Of a DNA stretch of 64,000 nucleotides, positions 63,901-64,000 are shown one piece after another. The position numbers and the translations under genes are program-made. Position 1 is the first letter of the stretch. Each line of letters starts with the position of its first letter. The notes beneath the pieces were generated by a model, which was not told where the DNA came from, ran no database searches, and saw only the letters and a program-made list of their open reading frames with translations. Origin of the DNA: Eledone cirrhosa (Eukaryota). The stretch lies in contig OZ024760.1 in assembly GCA_964016885.1 (NCBI GenBank), positions 17,484,001-17,548,000 on the forward strand, read 5' to 3'.

Positions 63901-64000
63901 GGAGATAATTTTCAGCCGTCCAAGGAGAGGTAATTTCTAGCCGTCCAAGGGGAGATAATTTCCAGCCGTCCAAGGGGAGATAATTTCCAGCCGTCCAAGG
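57931..64000. repeat. Composite satellite of two ~24-29 bp monomers sharing a GGGGAGATAATTT core; runs off the right edge
   Basis: Monomer A CAGGGGGAGATAATTTGTAAAAAAAAT and monomer B CAAGGGGAGATAATTTCCAGCCGTC in alternating blocks. Confidence 0.95.

Overview
AT-rich, microsatellite-saturated eukaryotic DNA. The SINE/LINE/MITE content suggests an octopod cephalopod (inference). Two intron-rich genes lie head-to-head. A puromycin-sensitive aminopeptidase (NPEPPS, M1 family) is on the minus strand, with 14 coding exons from 20624 to 2300, and continues off the left edge. A complete tRNA m1A9 methyltransferase TRMT10B is on the plus strand, with 7 coding exons at 27583-32255 (289 aa). The right half has no recognisable genes: a ~10 kb macrosatellite, a deleted Helitron, RTE/Tx1 LINE fragments, minisatellites and a terminal ~7 kb satellite block. 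The strongest unexplained signal is a set of type I hammerhead ribozyme motifs from several unrelated short repeat families. Most sit next to (TA)n tracts, with a dense cluster at 53-56.4 kb. They include a natural U3-A8 compensatory core variant and a perfect 343-bp palindrome carrying two hammerheads, and several foldbacks turn at ribozyme hairpins. A second theme is tandem amplification of exon-end/5' splice-site junctions in both genes, including 23 copies of one NPEPPS donor. All calls come from manual reading; no database searches or folding programs were run.
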